Sequence record: MH460460.1
Length of the DNA stretch: 64,000 bases
Strand: one strand, 5' to 3'
Positions within the stretch are counted from its first letter, which is position 1, and the number at the start of each line of letters is the position of its first letter. A program made the translations under genes and the position numbers. Shown piece after piece: positions 44,162 to 53,961 of the stretch. Under the pieces are notes generated by a model, which saw only the letters and a list, made by a program, of their open reading frames with translations, was not told the DNA's origin and made no database searches.

Positions 44162-46128
44162 GTCACCTTGTATTTCTTTTTAAACTGATCGATGGTGTAA
44201 ATCGGAATGCCCTTGTCCATCGCTTTCTGAACTTTGCTACTACCGCTTCCCGGATCTTTCGCAATCAGAACAGTAGTGTCTGCCTTCATACTATCCGATG
44301 CGGTGCCGCCCAATTCAACGATACGCGCTTTCAAGTCTGCATCACGCACGCCAGTAAATGCTACGTTAACGCCATTCAGTTTACTGCTTTTCACCACAAC
44401 TTTCTTCGGAGCCTTCAACTTGATGCCAATTTCTTGCGCCAAATCGTAAGCATTAATACAAGCATTAGAAATCTTAGGTGCGAGAGATTTAATGCCATGA
44501 ATGCCGCTAATGAGTTCGGTCAAATCAGAACGACGTTTAAGCAGTTTCTGGATATCAGGAATTTCATCAACAACTTTATCGAATGAAGTGTTTGCACCAC
44601 GCATGAAATACGGAGCACACGCTTTAAGCCACACGTTCAATTCGATTCCTGAAAGAATTGTTTTGTTGTGCTTCGCGATCTGTTTGCCGCGAGCGTCACC
44701 CAAAATCCCACGTAACGTAGGCAGACCGCAAAGAATGAGTGACTTAGGATCTTTGATTCCGCTTTCCATCAGCAGATTCGCAGTCTTGTCTCCAGCGTTA
44801 GAATATCCCGCAGCAGCCATGAAACTCTCAAGAAGTTTTGCATCAGCAGTAGCAGATTTTTTCTTAACGCGAAACTCAACGCCTTCCATTGTATACGGAA
44901 CATCAGGAAGTTTCGCTTTCTTCGCAGGCCGCACGATTTCTTGAATGTACGGAATAACTTTGTTACTACGCACAAGTTTTACTTTCGCGCCGATGCCCAA
45001 CGGACGTTTTTCATGAGGCGGTTTCTGTCCTTTCTTCGTTGGTTTCAGATAGCCATGCTCAATATAATATCCGTTGTGACCATTAGCGCGATTGATCGTA
45101 ATGCCACCGGGAACAACTACAGGTTCCACAATAACAACCGGAGCAAGCACGCCGTATTTTGTTTCCTGATAAACGATATCTTTCACCGTAGTAATAACGC
45201 TATCCGCACTCGTATTCATTTTGAATTTGAATTCGTGTTTAGGATTGCTGCCAGTAGACTTAGGAGAAGGAATGTTATCGGACACCACAAGGCCATCCAA
45301 TTCATATTTGGATTTGCGCATACGGTCTTCGATCATCGTTACCAATTGTTCTTCGGTAAGATCATCAAATGGCCCAAAGTGGCGAACCACAGTGAAGCCG
45401 TATTGTTTCAGCAGTTTGAATTGATCGCTTTTCTTTTTAGTTGCAGCGCTGCCGCCGATTATACCGAAACAAACGAGATCGATATGTTTGATTTCTTTCG
45501 GCGATTCAAAGCGTCGCATAAGCCCAACAGAAGCCGGACGAGCAGAAGTATACTCATAATCGCCCGGAGCATCTTTGTGAAGCGTTGCCATAAATTTCTT
45601 CTGACTGATTAGCGCCTCGCAACGAACAATAAAACGTTCTTTCGTTGGAATCTTTTTCGGGATGTTGAACGAAGCCAAATGACGCGTAACGTCTTTGCCT
45701 TTCATACTATCGCCGCGAGTGTACGCAGCAACAGGAACACCCTTTTCATAAATCAACTCAATGCTTTGACCGTCCAACTTATCACTAACGATCTTGCTGT
45801 TACCGTTACCCAAATGTTTCGCGAGCGCAGGTGAAGAAAGTTTCAGTTGGTTCAGGCTTGCCATTGGAACCGGAAGCGGAACATCACTGTCATCGTGCGA
45901 GCCGATCTTTTTAGCCAGCGTAGACTTAGGCCAGCGCTCAGAAATATAATCGCGAATCGTGTCGTAAATGGTATCATCAACAAGCGGCTGTCCTTCATCG
46001 TATGCGTCATCGAAAGCATTGATGAGTTTTTTCGCCTGCGTCAGATTAAGAGTCTCCATTACTTTGATAGGATTCTTTTCTAATCGTTTTAGGCTTATGC
46101 TGGCTGAAATACTTTTGAATTCAGTCAT
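44158..46128 (-). CDS. ligA: NAD-dependent DNA ligase
   Basis: Domain Ia YDEGQPLVDDTIYD, motif I SDKLDG, TRGD, YELDGLVV, OB fold and C-terminal BRCT (VAFTGVRD...VLIAKDPGSGSSKVQKA). Confidence 0.95.
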   Translation of the reverse strand: MTEFKSISASISLKRLEKNPIKVMETLNLTQAKKLINAFDDAYDEGQPLVDDTIYDTIRDYISERWPKSTLAKKIGSHDDSDVPLPVPMASLNQLKLSSPALAKHLGNGNSKIVSDKLDGQSIELIYEKGVPVAAYTRGDSMKGKDVTRHLASFNIPKKIPTKERFIVRCEALISQKKFMATLHKDAPGDYEYTSARPASVGLMRRFESPKEIKHIDLVCFGIIGGSAATKKKSDQFKLLKQYGFTVVRHFGPFDDLTEEQLVTMIEDRMRKSKYELDGLVVSDNIPSPKSTGSNPKHEFKFKMNTSADSVITTVKDIVYQETKYGVLAPVVIVEPVVVPGGITINRANGHNGYYIEHGYLKPTKKGQKPPHEKRPLGIGAKVKLVRSNKVIPYIQEIVRPAKKAKLPDVPYTMEGVEFRVKKKSATADAKLLESFMAAAGYSNAGDKTANLLMESGIKDPKSLILCGLPTLRGILGDARGKQIAKHNKTILSGIELNVWLKACAPYFMRGANTSFDKVVDEIPDIQKLLKRRSDLTELISGIHGIKSLAPKISNACINAYDLAQEIGIKLKAPKKVVVKSSKLNGVNVAFTGVRDADLKARIVELGGTASDSMKADTTVLIAKDPGSGSSKVQKAMDKGIPIYTIDQFKKKYKVT

Positions 46129-46151
46129 GGAAATTCCCTCTGCAAATATCG

Positions 46152-47075
46152 TTAAATATTTACAGTTTCAGCGATGCGATTCGCAATAAAATCAGGAACC
46201 GCATTCATCGTAAGACCATTGCGTTTTGCCAACATGATAAAGGCTTCCGCATATTTCAATTGCTGACTCCCAACACCACCAAATTGACGAGCGTTGAGCA
46301 GGCGGCGCGACAATTCTGACACGACTGTTTGACGTGTACGGAAACCGGAGTTAATGCTTCGCAGCATTTGAAAATACTTGTGAACATCGGATTTGATAGA
46401 GAAAGTTTTGATGCCACTGAAATCTTTTCGAATAGCAGCATGGAGCAGAACTAAGAAAGGATATAAATCTTCTTTCTGTCTGGCTTCCTTTTCTTTTTCA
46501 ATGTCCTTGATAAAATCAGGACGGTTATCAGGTTCCGGAGTTTCCTTGCCATTCAATGTGGAAGTGATTTCGTTAAAAAGCGAAATGCGTTTGGTCGGAC
46601 GGCGTGACAGCATATCTTTCTTGCTGCCGTAAAAGTAAACCGGAATATTTCTTTTGCGAGCCTGCAAAGCAATGCCGCGAAAATACATCCCATTACTTTT
46701 AATTCGCGCTTCTTCTTTCGTTCCAACGTTGCAGTGAATCTCTTTAACGATACTGATATCAATGTCCGGCTTGTCGCTGATAATGCGTTCTTCGGATTCA
46801 GAGTAATCAGCACCGTTCTGCCAGAAATCGACAGGCACAACTTTAAAGCGTGACCGGATTTTATTTGCATCCAAAACAAACAAAACTTCCGATCCGCCAT
46901 TCGTTCTTATCGCGAAAATATTACTCAGCGTGCGGGTAGTGGAAAGGAAGAAGAGTCTGTTTTGAGAGAACTCTTCTTCCGCATCGCTTCCGGAGGCAAT
47001 GCTCAAATGAAATTTTCCACTTCCCACAATACTCAGCGCGTTTTTCGGCGAAGTAAAGTGGAAGAGTGTATTCAT
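46152..47075 (-). CDS. ADP-ribosyltransferase-like protein, paralog A
   Basis: LFHFT (beta1 His), FLSTTR (S-T-T) and SESEERI (E-x-E) motifs. Confidence 0.5.
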   Translation of the reverse strand: MNTLFHFTSPKNALSIVGSGKFHLSIASGSDAEEEFSQNRLFFLSTTRTLSNIFAIRTNGGSEVLFVLDANKIRSRFKVVPVDFWQNGADYSESEERIISDKPDIDISIVKEIHCNVGTKEEARIKSNGMYFRGIALQARKRNIPVYFYGSKKDMLSRRPTKRISLFNEITSTLNGKETPEPDNRPDFIKDIEKEKEARQKEDLYPFLVLLHAAIRKDFSGIKTFSIKSDVHKYFQMLRSINSGFRTRQTVVSELSRRLLNARQFGGVGSQQLKYAEAFIMLAKRNGLTMNAVPDFIANRIAETVNI

Positions 47076-47914
47076 ATATCTTTAATTGCCTCATAAATAA
47101 AACGAGGAATACCAGCGATTGTAATGCCTTGCTGTTTCGCAAGAATCGCGAGAGCACGCGGAGTTTTCACACGCGAATCATCACTAGGGTAATTGCGAGA
47201 GTTTCCGATATCATTACGCAGACCAGTTGCCAGTTCGTTGTAACGATATTGATCGCCGTAGCTTCCACGAATTTTATCGTAGATGTAAGCAACTTCACTA
47301 TCACCCTGCTTTAAAAGTTTGGGGATAGTTTTATTGATCGCTGCGTGCATCAATTGAAGCCACGGCATCACGTAGTCTTTACGGCTACGCGGAATATAAC
47401 CGCCGCGAATGATTTTAGATTTCGCCAGAATGCGAGGATCGTTCAGAGGCACACGGCGCTCTTTACGCATCGAGATCATATCTTTCTGGTTATTGTATGC
47501 GAACACGCTAATCTTTCGACGAGCGCACGCCAGCACCAGATCACGCAGATATTTTCCGTCATCGTTACGATCCAAGTTAATGTGAACCGCAACAATAAAC
47601 GGCGAAGCCGGAATACTAGGCTTGTCAGTAATCAAACGTTCCTCAGCTTCGGAATATTTGTGATTCGCCCAATAGTCCATCGGTTCAAGTTTGTAACGGG
47701 ATTCAAGGGCGCGTCCATCCAGTTCAAACATTACGCCGTGTGCCTTATCAGCAAACGCATTGCTTCGTGTGCGAGTAAGAGAAAGATAAAACAATTTTCC
47801 CTTATTGATAACCTCGTCAGATTCAGCAGCGTCAGCCATACTCAAAAAGAAACGGTTGTCAGTAACAATCTGCGCCGCTTTGTGAGTTTGAGTGAAGTGG
47901 TATAAAGGTTTCAT
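47072..47914 (-). CDS. ADP-ribosyltransferase-like protein, paralog B
   Basis: LYHFT, YLSLTRT and SEAEERL motifs; clearly paralogous to 46152-47075. Confidence 0.5.
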   Translation of the reverse strand: MKPLYHFTQTHKAAQIVTDNRFFLSMADAAESDEVINKGKLFYLSLTRTRSNAFADKAHGVMFELDGRALESRYKLEPMDYWANHKYSEAEERLITDKPSIPASPFIVAVHINLDRNDDGKYLRDLVLACARRKISVFAYNNQKDMISMRKERRVPLNDPRILAKSKIIRGGYIPRSRKDYVMPWLQLMHAAINKTIPKLLKQGDSEVAYIYDKIRGSYGDQYRYNELATGLRNDIGNSRNYPSDDSRVKTPRALAILAKQQGITIAGIPRFIYEAIKDI

Positions 47915-49878
47915 CAGCTTACAATAGGTTCCTTGTTGACTTCAAACTCTTCTGACATATCGTACACGCGAGCGAATAGAGTTGGTTTCATATCCTTCAC
48001 ATGTTCTGCAATATCGAAAAGACTTTGTTTGCGGGCTTTATTGATTCGCACCTGACGAACTTCGTCCGGGCTATTAGTGATATCGTAAAGCGTGTAAACA
48101 ATAATGCTGTCCGAAGATTTATGAGGCGCTTCGCGAAGAATTACCCATTCACGTTTGAGTTTTTCATCGGCTTTAAACACCACAATATCGCCTGCTTCCG
48201 GATTCGCCAATTTCTCTGGCGTGCCTTTATTTTCTGTAGCTTGTTTTTTAGCAAGTTCAGCGGCCTCCTGTTCAGCGTTGAGAACATCCTCATCGACTTC
48301 ATCGGAATCAGTTTCATCAATATCAGCAGCGTCGTCTTCGGAATCCGCTTCTTCTTCATCCTCGGAATCTTCTTCATCCTCAGAATCAGTGTCTTCCTCA
48401 GAATCAGTGTCTTCCTCAGAATCAGTGTCTTCCTCAGAATCAGTGTCTTCGTCCGGATCTTCTTCCTCTTCGTCATCCGTTTCTTCTTCTGAATCGGTAT
48501 CATCCTCTTCATCAGTTTCTTCGTCCGGATCTTCTTCCTCTTCGTCGTCCGTTTCTTCGTCGTCCGTTTCTTCGTCGTCCGTTTCCTCAGAATCGTCTTC
48601 TGATTCAGTATCATCCTCAGAATCTTCTTCCTCTTCCGGAGCAGGTTTCGCTACCTTAGATTTTTTCTTAACTTTCGATGGCGGCGCTTCTTCCTCTTCG
48701 TCTTCTGGTTCTTCTTCAACATCAGACAAATCGAAATCACTTTCTACGGAATCAGAATCATCGCCGTCGCCAAACATGGAACCAATTACAGAATCAATTC
48801 CCATGTTGTCACTTGCGAATGGACGTGCAGAAAGAATATCTTCAAGCGGAGCAAACATATCGTCTTCCTCTGCCTGTTCTTCTTCAACTACATCCATATC
48901 CAGAACTTCGTCGAGATCTTCTTCGAGTTCTTCTTCTGCCAGAATAGATTTAATCTGGTTGCGGAGACGCACGGTAGGAATCGCATTCTCTTCCGTGTCA
49001 AACGTGCGAGGTTTAGCAGAAGGCGCTTCCATTTCGCCACGTTTGATTTTCTCTTTCATTTCATCGTAGCGCTCTTGTTCTGCGCGAGAATTTTCTTTTT
49101 GTGCGCGTTTGGCTTCACGGGCAGAAATTTCTTTAGCAAGTTTTTCCGCACGCTGTTCAAGACGTGCAGCCTCACGCTGTTCGACCTGCGTGCGATGTTT
49201 CATTTTCTTGCTATCGGCGCGGTACGCTTTAACGTCTGCATCAGACAGCGTGCCATTAGGCCAATCCTGAATCGGCATAACGAGAGTTTCCGTAACCACT
49301 TTATCGTAGTTTTCCGGAGTGAGTTTTAAATACATCCCTTTCTCGTTAATAATAACGCCGCCTTTCGCATCGCGAATGTAGCGCATACCGATCATTTCGT
49401 TCTTTTTCAGAATCTCTTTGCCTTTAGTGTGCGTAACGGTCAAAGACATTTCAGGAACGATACGCCATTGATAGTTGCTAAAATCAATGCCGTTTTTATA
49501 TTCGTTTGGAACAGTGCGCGGAGCAAATCGAGCATTGTCGAAATTCTTACGCTGCAACTGACGTTCCGTAGTTTTAACGCCGCGTGCTTTTGCGCGGCCT
49601 TCGCGCTGAACAATATCAGGCAGCTTACGCAATTTTGTTGCACGCTCTAACAACTGATTCCCGTTCTTCTTATCGAGAGGGAAATTGATATGAGGCATAT
49701 CAGGAAAAATAAGAGTGAAACGAGATCCGCTTTTAAGAGACTTAACGCCAAAGATATCGCCCTCGCGAATCATGCGTTTGTGAGTACGTTCCGAAACTTC
49801 TTTGCCGCGTTGCCCTGTATACTTAAACCAGTTGTATTCGCTAACCGCTTCGTCATATGTAGCCGACTGAGAGAGCAT
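47914..49878 (-). CDS. Large acidic protein (654 aa) with two N-terminal copies of the recurrent domain
   Basis: GGAG RBS; YNWFKYTGQ...IREGDIFGV; coiled-coil middle; very long D/E tract. Confidence 0.75.
   Translation of the reverse strand: MLSQSATYDEAVSEYNWFKYTGQRGKEVSERTHKRMIREGDIFGVKSLKSGSRFTLIFPDMPHINFPLDKKNGNQLLERATKLRKLPDIVQREGRAKARGVKTTERQLQRKNFDNARFAPRTVPNEYKNGIDFSNYQWRIVPEMSLTVTHTKGKEILKKNEMIGMRYIRDAKGGVIINEKGMYLKLTPENYDKVVTETLVMPIQDWPNGTLSDADVKAYRADSKKMKHRTQVEQREAARLEQRAEKLAKEISAREAKRAQKENSRAEQERYDEMKEKIKRGEMEAPSAKPRTFDTEENAIPTVRLRNQIKSILAEEELEEDLDEVLDMDVVEEEQAEEDDMFAPLEDILSARPFASDNMGIDSVIGSMFGDGDDSDSVESDFDLSDVEEEPEDEEEEAPPSKVKKKSKVAKPAPEEEEDSEDDTESEDDSEETDDEETDDEETDDEEEEDPDEETDEEDDTDSEEETDDEEEEDPDEDTDSEEDTDSEEDTDSEEDTDSEDEEDSEDEEEADSEDDAADIDETDSDEVDEDVLNAEQEAAELAKKQATENKGTPEKLANPEAGDIVVFKADEKLKREWVILREAPHKSSDSIIVYTLYDITNSPDEVRQVRINKARKQSLFDIAEHVKDMKPTLFARVYDMSEEFEVNKEPIVS
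48377..48448. repeat. Tandem repeat, 4 x 18 bp (TCCTCAGAATCAGTGTCT), encoding SEEDTD units
   Basis: Exact copies at 48377, 48395, 48413 and 48431. Confidence 0.9.
48541..48585. repeat. Tandem repeat, 3 x 15 bp (TTCGTCGTCCGTTTC), encoding ETDDE units
   Basis: Exact copies at 48541, 48556 and 48571. Confidence 0.9.
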
Positions 49879-49907
49879 TTTTATTCTCCGTTTTTGGTGA
49901 TGTAAAT

Positions 49908-49914
49908 AAATTAG
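49908..49914 (-). promoter_or_regulatory. Candidate late promoter CTAATTT
   Basis: tCCTAATTTAT lies 30 nt upstream of the 49878 start. Confidence 0.5.
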
Positions 49915-49937
49915 GAACTTCCCTGTTCCTAGTTCTA

Positions 49938-52900
49938 TTAACCACCTGCGAGATAGCCGCGAGTGTCACAACCGAATTCACCACAATATTCCCCGCAAGG
50001 AATTTTGATAGCCCACGTCCATGTTCCATCGGGTTGTTGAATGCCAAATACTTCATCAGGTGTTTTGTGCCAAACATTGACAGCGTTTTGCAGCGCATCA
50101 AGTTCAGTCGCAAAATAACCTTTCTTGAGAGGATCTTGTTCGCCGTATTCAGTTTTCGGAACAAACATTGTCACTTTCATGCGCTCAACAGGATAAGCAG
50201 CATTTTCGATTACGCGAGGTGCGTATTCTCCAGCAACAATAACTTGAACGGAAACCAATTCAGCATCAGACGCTTTTGGTTTATAAACATCCGGAGCGAC
50301 TTTGAACCAATGATCCGTTTCATGACTGTAAGCAGCGCTGTCAACTTTCCTTTCAACAGCAGTGTCGAGATTATAAATATTCCCCGGCACTTTATTCTCG
50401 ATATTCGTTCCAATGGCATACGAGAGCGCACTCTTCGCTTGTCGTGGATCGGCGAGATACTTATAAGTCAGTGGTGCGAAAATGAAATGAGAGTCCGGCG
50501 ACATTTCGTAAGACGGATTCAATTCAAACCAATGAGGCAACGGCGGTTTATATTCTGCGGTAGGTTGCAGATAAACGATAGGACGCGGATTAACAGCGTC
50601 GATTCGATGAACTTCATCAACGGTGTTTCTCCAATCCATATCGTGCGCCGATGATGGATTCGCAGGCAGATACCAATCAGATTCTGCGGCATCAACTTTG
50701 TTGTAGTTATATGCCATAGTTTCTGCGGCTTCGAACGCGTCATAGTTCGGAACCAGTGTCGCCTGAATCCACATCACATGAGTTTCATTTTTCGCAGGCG
50801 TAGTAAGTTGGATGTAATATGGTTCAGCAGGGAAGATCCCTTTGTTGGTTCCTTCAACGTAATAAACAGGAGCAGCCGGAATTTGATGAACAGGTTCATA
50901 CGGTTCAACAATTTGCGGCGTAGTGTCAATACGATCAGAAACAGCATTCCACTCACGCGCAATATCAGCAACATCAAAAGCATCGCCAATATTCACTTCG
51001 TTCCATTTAGAAACGCGAGGCGTGATTACACCATCTACGATTAAAACCCTCTCGTCTAGATCCGAAAACGAATTGCTAAACTCACCCGGAACAGAATCGA
51101 CATACACAGAATCGCCGTAGGTGAAACCGTCTTTCGTTCCATAGCTCGATTCGGTCGCATACCCATATGCAGGCATATCCATTAACTGCGCTGCGAATAA
51201 ATGCCACTCTTCACGAACTAAATTCATTTGAGTTGAACGATACAGCAAGGCGGCAGCGTATTCCTCGTTAAAGGTTGCTTCCTGTCCTGCATAATCAATT
51301 GCAAAAGCAAACTCAAATATAGAAGGAATCCGATCATTTCCGGAAGCGGCTTGCGTAGAATAATCTTGCCCACGCGATTCGAAAGCATATTTCAACTCTG
51401 CCAAATCAACAGCATCCGGAACAGAATCAAATTGCGCGGAATACACCACGGTGCCAGCGAAATCATGAAGCCACGAAATTTCTGCGTTACCTAGTTTCAG
51501 AATTTTAGGTTGCATATGTGCCGGATAGGATTCTAGTTTCAGAATCGAATCACACGAAACATCCTTCAACTCAAAACTATTTTTGTACATCGCGCGTGAG
51601 TCAATCGGCGCTTCAATATCAGTGCCGTCAACCTCAAACAAAATGCCAGCAGGTACAGAAATATCCGTAAGAAAGTTTGGTGGAATTTCATCGAACTTCA
51701 ACGGATCGCTTGCTGCAACAACCATCCCATTAGAATAAATTGGTGCAGGCTGCGCGTCCAGCCAAGTTTCATGCGTCCATATATCCCACGTATACTTATA
51801 ACGAGAACTACCAAATTTGATTTGATATTTCTTGTTCGGTTCCGGTGGCGTGAACAGAAGTTGTGTTGACTGTCCGATCTCCAGCGTTACCTCTTTCCCG
51901 CCCTGAATGAATTCCCCATCGTCGGAATCAATCGTGAGCGCAAGCGCCGTGATCCCATCGTTAGTTAAAACAACAGTGCGATATTCTTTTCCAGCTTGAG
52001 CATAAGCGCGATTAGGAACCGGATCGAATTGAATTTCCGAAACAGTATAAATTCCCCAATCAGTTTCATACTCTCCTGCAATCACTTTGATCAAAGTGAT
52101 GTTGTATCCATGCTTGACGCGCAAATAAAACTTATCGCCGTTGTACAGGAACACAGGTGCCGGAGTTTTCACGCCATTAACGAATACTTCAACACGATCA
52201 TTCTGTTCAGTGCCATCAATCAGAACAGAGAATTCGACACGCTGGTTCACACCAGTAATCTGTTTTTCTACTGTTTGTTGCCAGCTATAATCCGGAACAT
52301 CGTAAATTGTGTCAAAGGTAAATGGATCAGGAAGCGGATCAGGAACCACTTCAACCAAACCATTTGAGCGGCCTACGCTAAACGGGAAAGGCTGCGCCGT
52401 TAAATATGCGTGCTCTGCAACTACAGTAACTTGCTCTCCGTTACGAACTGTTTTTACCGGAGTATTGTTGACCGTAGCAGTCCACACAATGCCAGCAGGC
52501 AAAACAATCGGAAGCGAATCGTCTGCATCATCCAGTGTCGCAGTAAAGTTAAACGTAACTTTTTTGCCAAGTGGAACGTTATAAGTCGGCAACGTTGCGC
52601 CGAAGGTTGGCAAATAAGTATGCGTAAGAGTTAATGTCGGACGAGCAACAAAACCGTAAAGCGGAGTTGTTTCTCCGTTGCTCATCAAGTTTAAATAAGA
52701 CCAGTTGCGCGAACTTACATCCGTAATCGGCAATGTTCTTTCGACAAAACTTTTACGTCCGGTTGTATCACTTCCCGCTTCAAGTAAAACAGAAGAAGCC
52801 GGGTTGGTGAAAGTTGTTGGATAGCGAAGATGATTTCCGTCTTGCGTACCTGCGTTAAACTTAACGCCTGTTTTTATCACGTAACGAGAAAGAGAGTTAT

Positions 52901-53900
52901 CTGCGAAATTAATCGCGTAAACATCATCGGTTCCCGGCGCAAACGCATAAAAGAAACTTGCAGCATCCGGAGTTTGCCAAACGTCAGTGCCTACGAGTTT
53001 ACCGCTACGCGTAATATACGCATCAAGGCTTTCGTGGCAGTTAACGTAATAGTCATCACTCTTAACACTGAGTTCCGTAAACGAGGAATCAAGTTTATGA
53101 ATTCTGCCTTCGCTATCGAATACCGCAAATAACGGATCAAATGCGCCAGCAGCTTTTAGAAGAACAACACGAACAACTCGATAACCGAGATTGATATTTG
53201 GCTGCGCTTCCATTCGAACGTTATAGCGAGAAACTACACCGTTCGAAGAAAAAATTGCAATCGTGCGTCGATGCGTTGCAGGAGAATAAAACGCGAGTGC
53301 TTCTGCGAATTCCTGCGAAATGGTTTTATAGCGAATCAAACCATCAGCACTAGACGGACTATTAAAAAGGTGGATCTTCTGCGTAGCTTTATCAGCAACG
53401 AACCAGACAGGCAACTTGTAATCAAATGCCGATTCATTCAGCGTTACGCTTGAAAGTTTTTTCGGAACGAGCGCATCAAATGCAGCCATCGAATTCTGAG
53501 CAGCACCAAACGCAATGACGGCTTCACCAAATTCCGGATCAACAGAATCGGATTTATAAAGCGCATCAAAACCGCTCATCAGTGCTTTCGGCGTAACTGT
53601 TTTGCTGAGAGTCTGCAATAAGTTACGAGACGCCTCTTGCAGTAAAGTCCACTGCCCGGCGTAGTCGTAATAAACAGTTACGTGTTTGGCTTCATATTGT
53701 TTCGTCGGCGGCGTTGCAGTGACAGTAAAGTTATACATGCCAAACTGATCAGCCGTTACTTCTATTTGATCCGAAGAGTTTTCAAACGTACCACCGACAA
53801 CTAAAAATTTCAGTTTGCCGGAAGGATAGCGTTTAATATGAATCGCGTTTGACCAAGATTCAGCTTTGTTTGAAACAATTGTCTGAATGTTATTGGCCAT
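49938..53900 (-). CDS. Large fibre/structural protein (1320 aa)
   Basis: Beta-propeller-like and Ig-like segments (PDPFTF, FVNGV, LYNGDK); located at the end of the fibre cluster; GAGG RBS. Confidence 0.65.
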   Translation of the reverse strand: MANNIQTIVSNKAESWSNAIHIKRYPSGKLKFLVVGGTFENSSDQIEVTADQFGMYNFTVTATPPTKQYEAKHVTVYYDYAGQWTLLQEASRNLLQTLSKTVTPKALMSGFDALYKSDSVDPEFGEAVIAFGAAQNSMAAFDALVPKKLSSVTLNESAFDYKLPVWFVADKATQKIHLFNSPSSADGLIRYKTISQEFAEALAFYSPATHRRTIAIFSSNGVVSRYNVRMEAQPNINLGYRVVRVVLLKAAGAFDPLFAVFDSEGRIHKLDSSFTELSVKSDDYYVNCHESLDAYITRSGKLVGTDVWQTPDAASFFYAFAPGTDDVYAINFADNSLSRYVIKTGVKFNAGTQDGNHLRYPTTFTNPASSVLLEAGSDTTGRKSFVERTLPITDVSSRNWSYLNLMSNGETTPLYGFVARPTLTLTHTYLPTFGATLPTYNVPLGKKVTFNFTATLDDADDSLPIVLPAGIVWTATVNNTPVKTVRNGEQVTVVAEHAYLTAQPFPFSVGRSNGLVEVVPDPLPDPFTFDTIYDVPDYSWQQTVEKQITGVNQRVEFSVLIDGTEQNDRVEVFVNGVKTPAPVFLYNGDKFYLRVKHGYNITLIKVIAGEYETDWGIYTVSEIQFDPVPNRAYAQAGKEYRTVVLTNDGITALALTIDSDDGEFIQGGKEVTLEIGQSTQLLFTPPEPNKKYQIKFGSSRYKYTWDIWTHETWLDAQPAPIYSNGMVVAASDPLKFDEIPPNFLTDISVPAGILFEVDGTDIEAPIDSRAMYKNSFELKDVSCDSILKLESYPAHMQPKILKLGNAEISWLHDFAGTVVYSAQFDSVPDAVDLAELKYAFESRGQDYSTQAASGNDRIPSIFEFAFAIDYAGQEATFNEEYAAALLYRSTQMNLVREEWHLFAAQLMDMPAYGYATESSYGTKDGFTYGDSVYVDSVPGEFSNSFSDLDERVLIVDGVITPRVSKWNEVNIGDAFDVADIAREWNAVSDRIDTTPQIVEPYEPVHQIPAAPVYYVEGTNKGIFPAEPYYIQLTTPAKNETHVMWIQATLVPNYDAFEAAETMAYNYNKVDAAESDWYLPANPSSAHDMDWRNTVDEVHRIDAVNPRPIVYLQPTAEYKPPLPHWFELNPSYEMSPDSHFIFAPLTYKYLADPRQAKSALSYAIGTNIENKVPGNIYNLDTAVERKVDSAAYSHETDHWFKVAPDVYKPKASDAELVSVQVIVAGEYAPRVIENAAYPVERMKVTMFVPKTEYGEQDPLKKGYFATELDALQNAVNVWHKTPDEVFGIQQPDGTWTWAIKIPCGEYCGEFGCDTRGYLAGG

Positions 53901-53917
53901 TTTCTTTCCTCAAGCGT

Positions 53918-53946
53918 CAGAAACAAAAAATGGGGCCGAAGCCCCA
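53918..53946 (-). terminator. Rho-independent terminator
   Basis: TGGGGC-TTCG-GCCCCA followed by TTTTTGTTTCTG. Confidence 0.9.
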
Positions 53947-53961
53947 CGATTTTACACGCGA

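Noticed and set aside
48377-48585. Tandem repeats as a possible CRISPR or guide array
   Set aside because: They have no spacers, unit lengths are multiples of 3, and they encode the acidic tract in frame.
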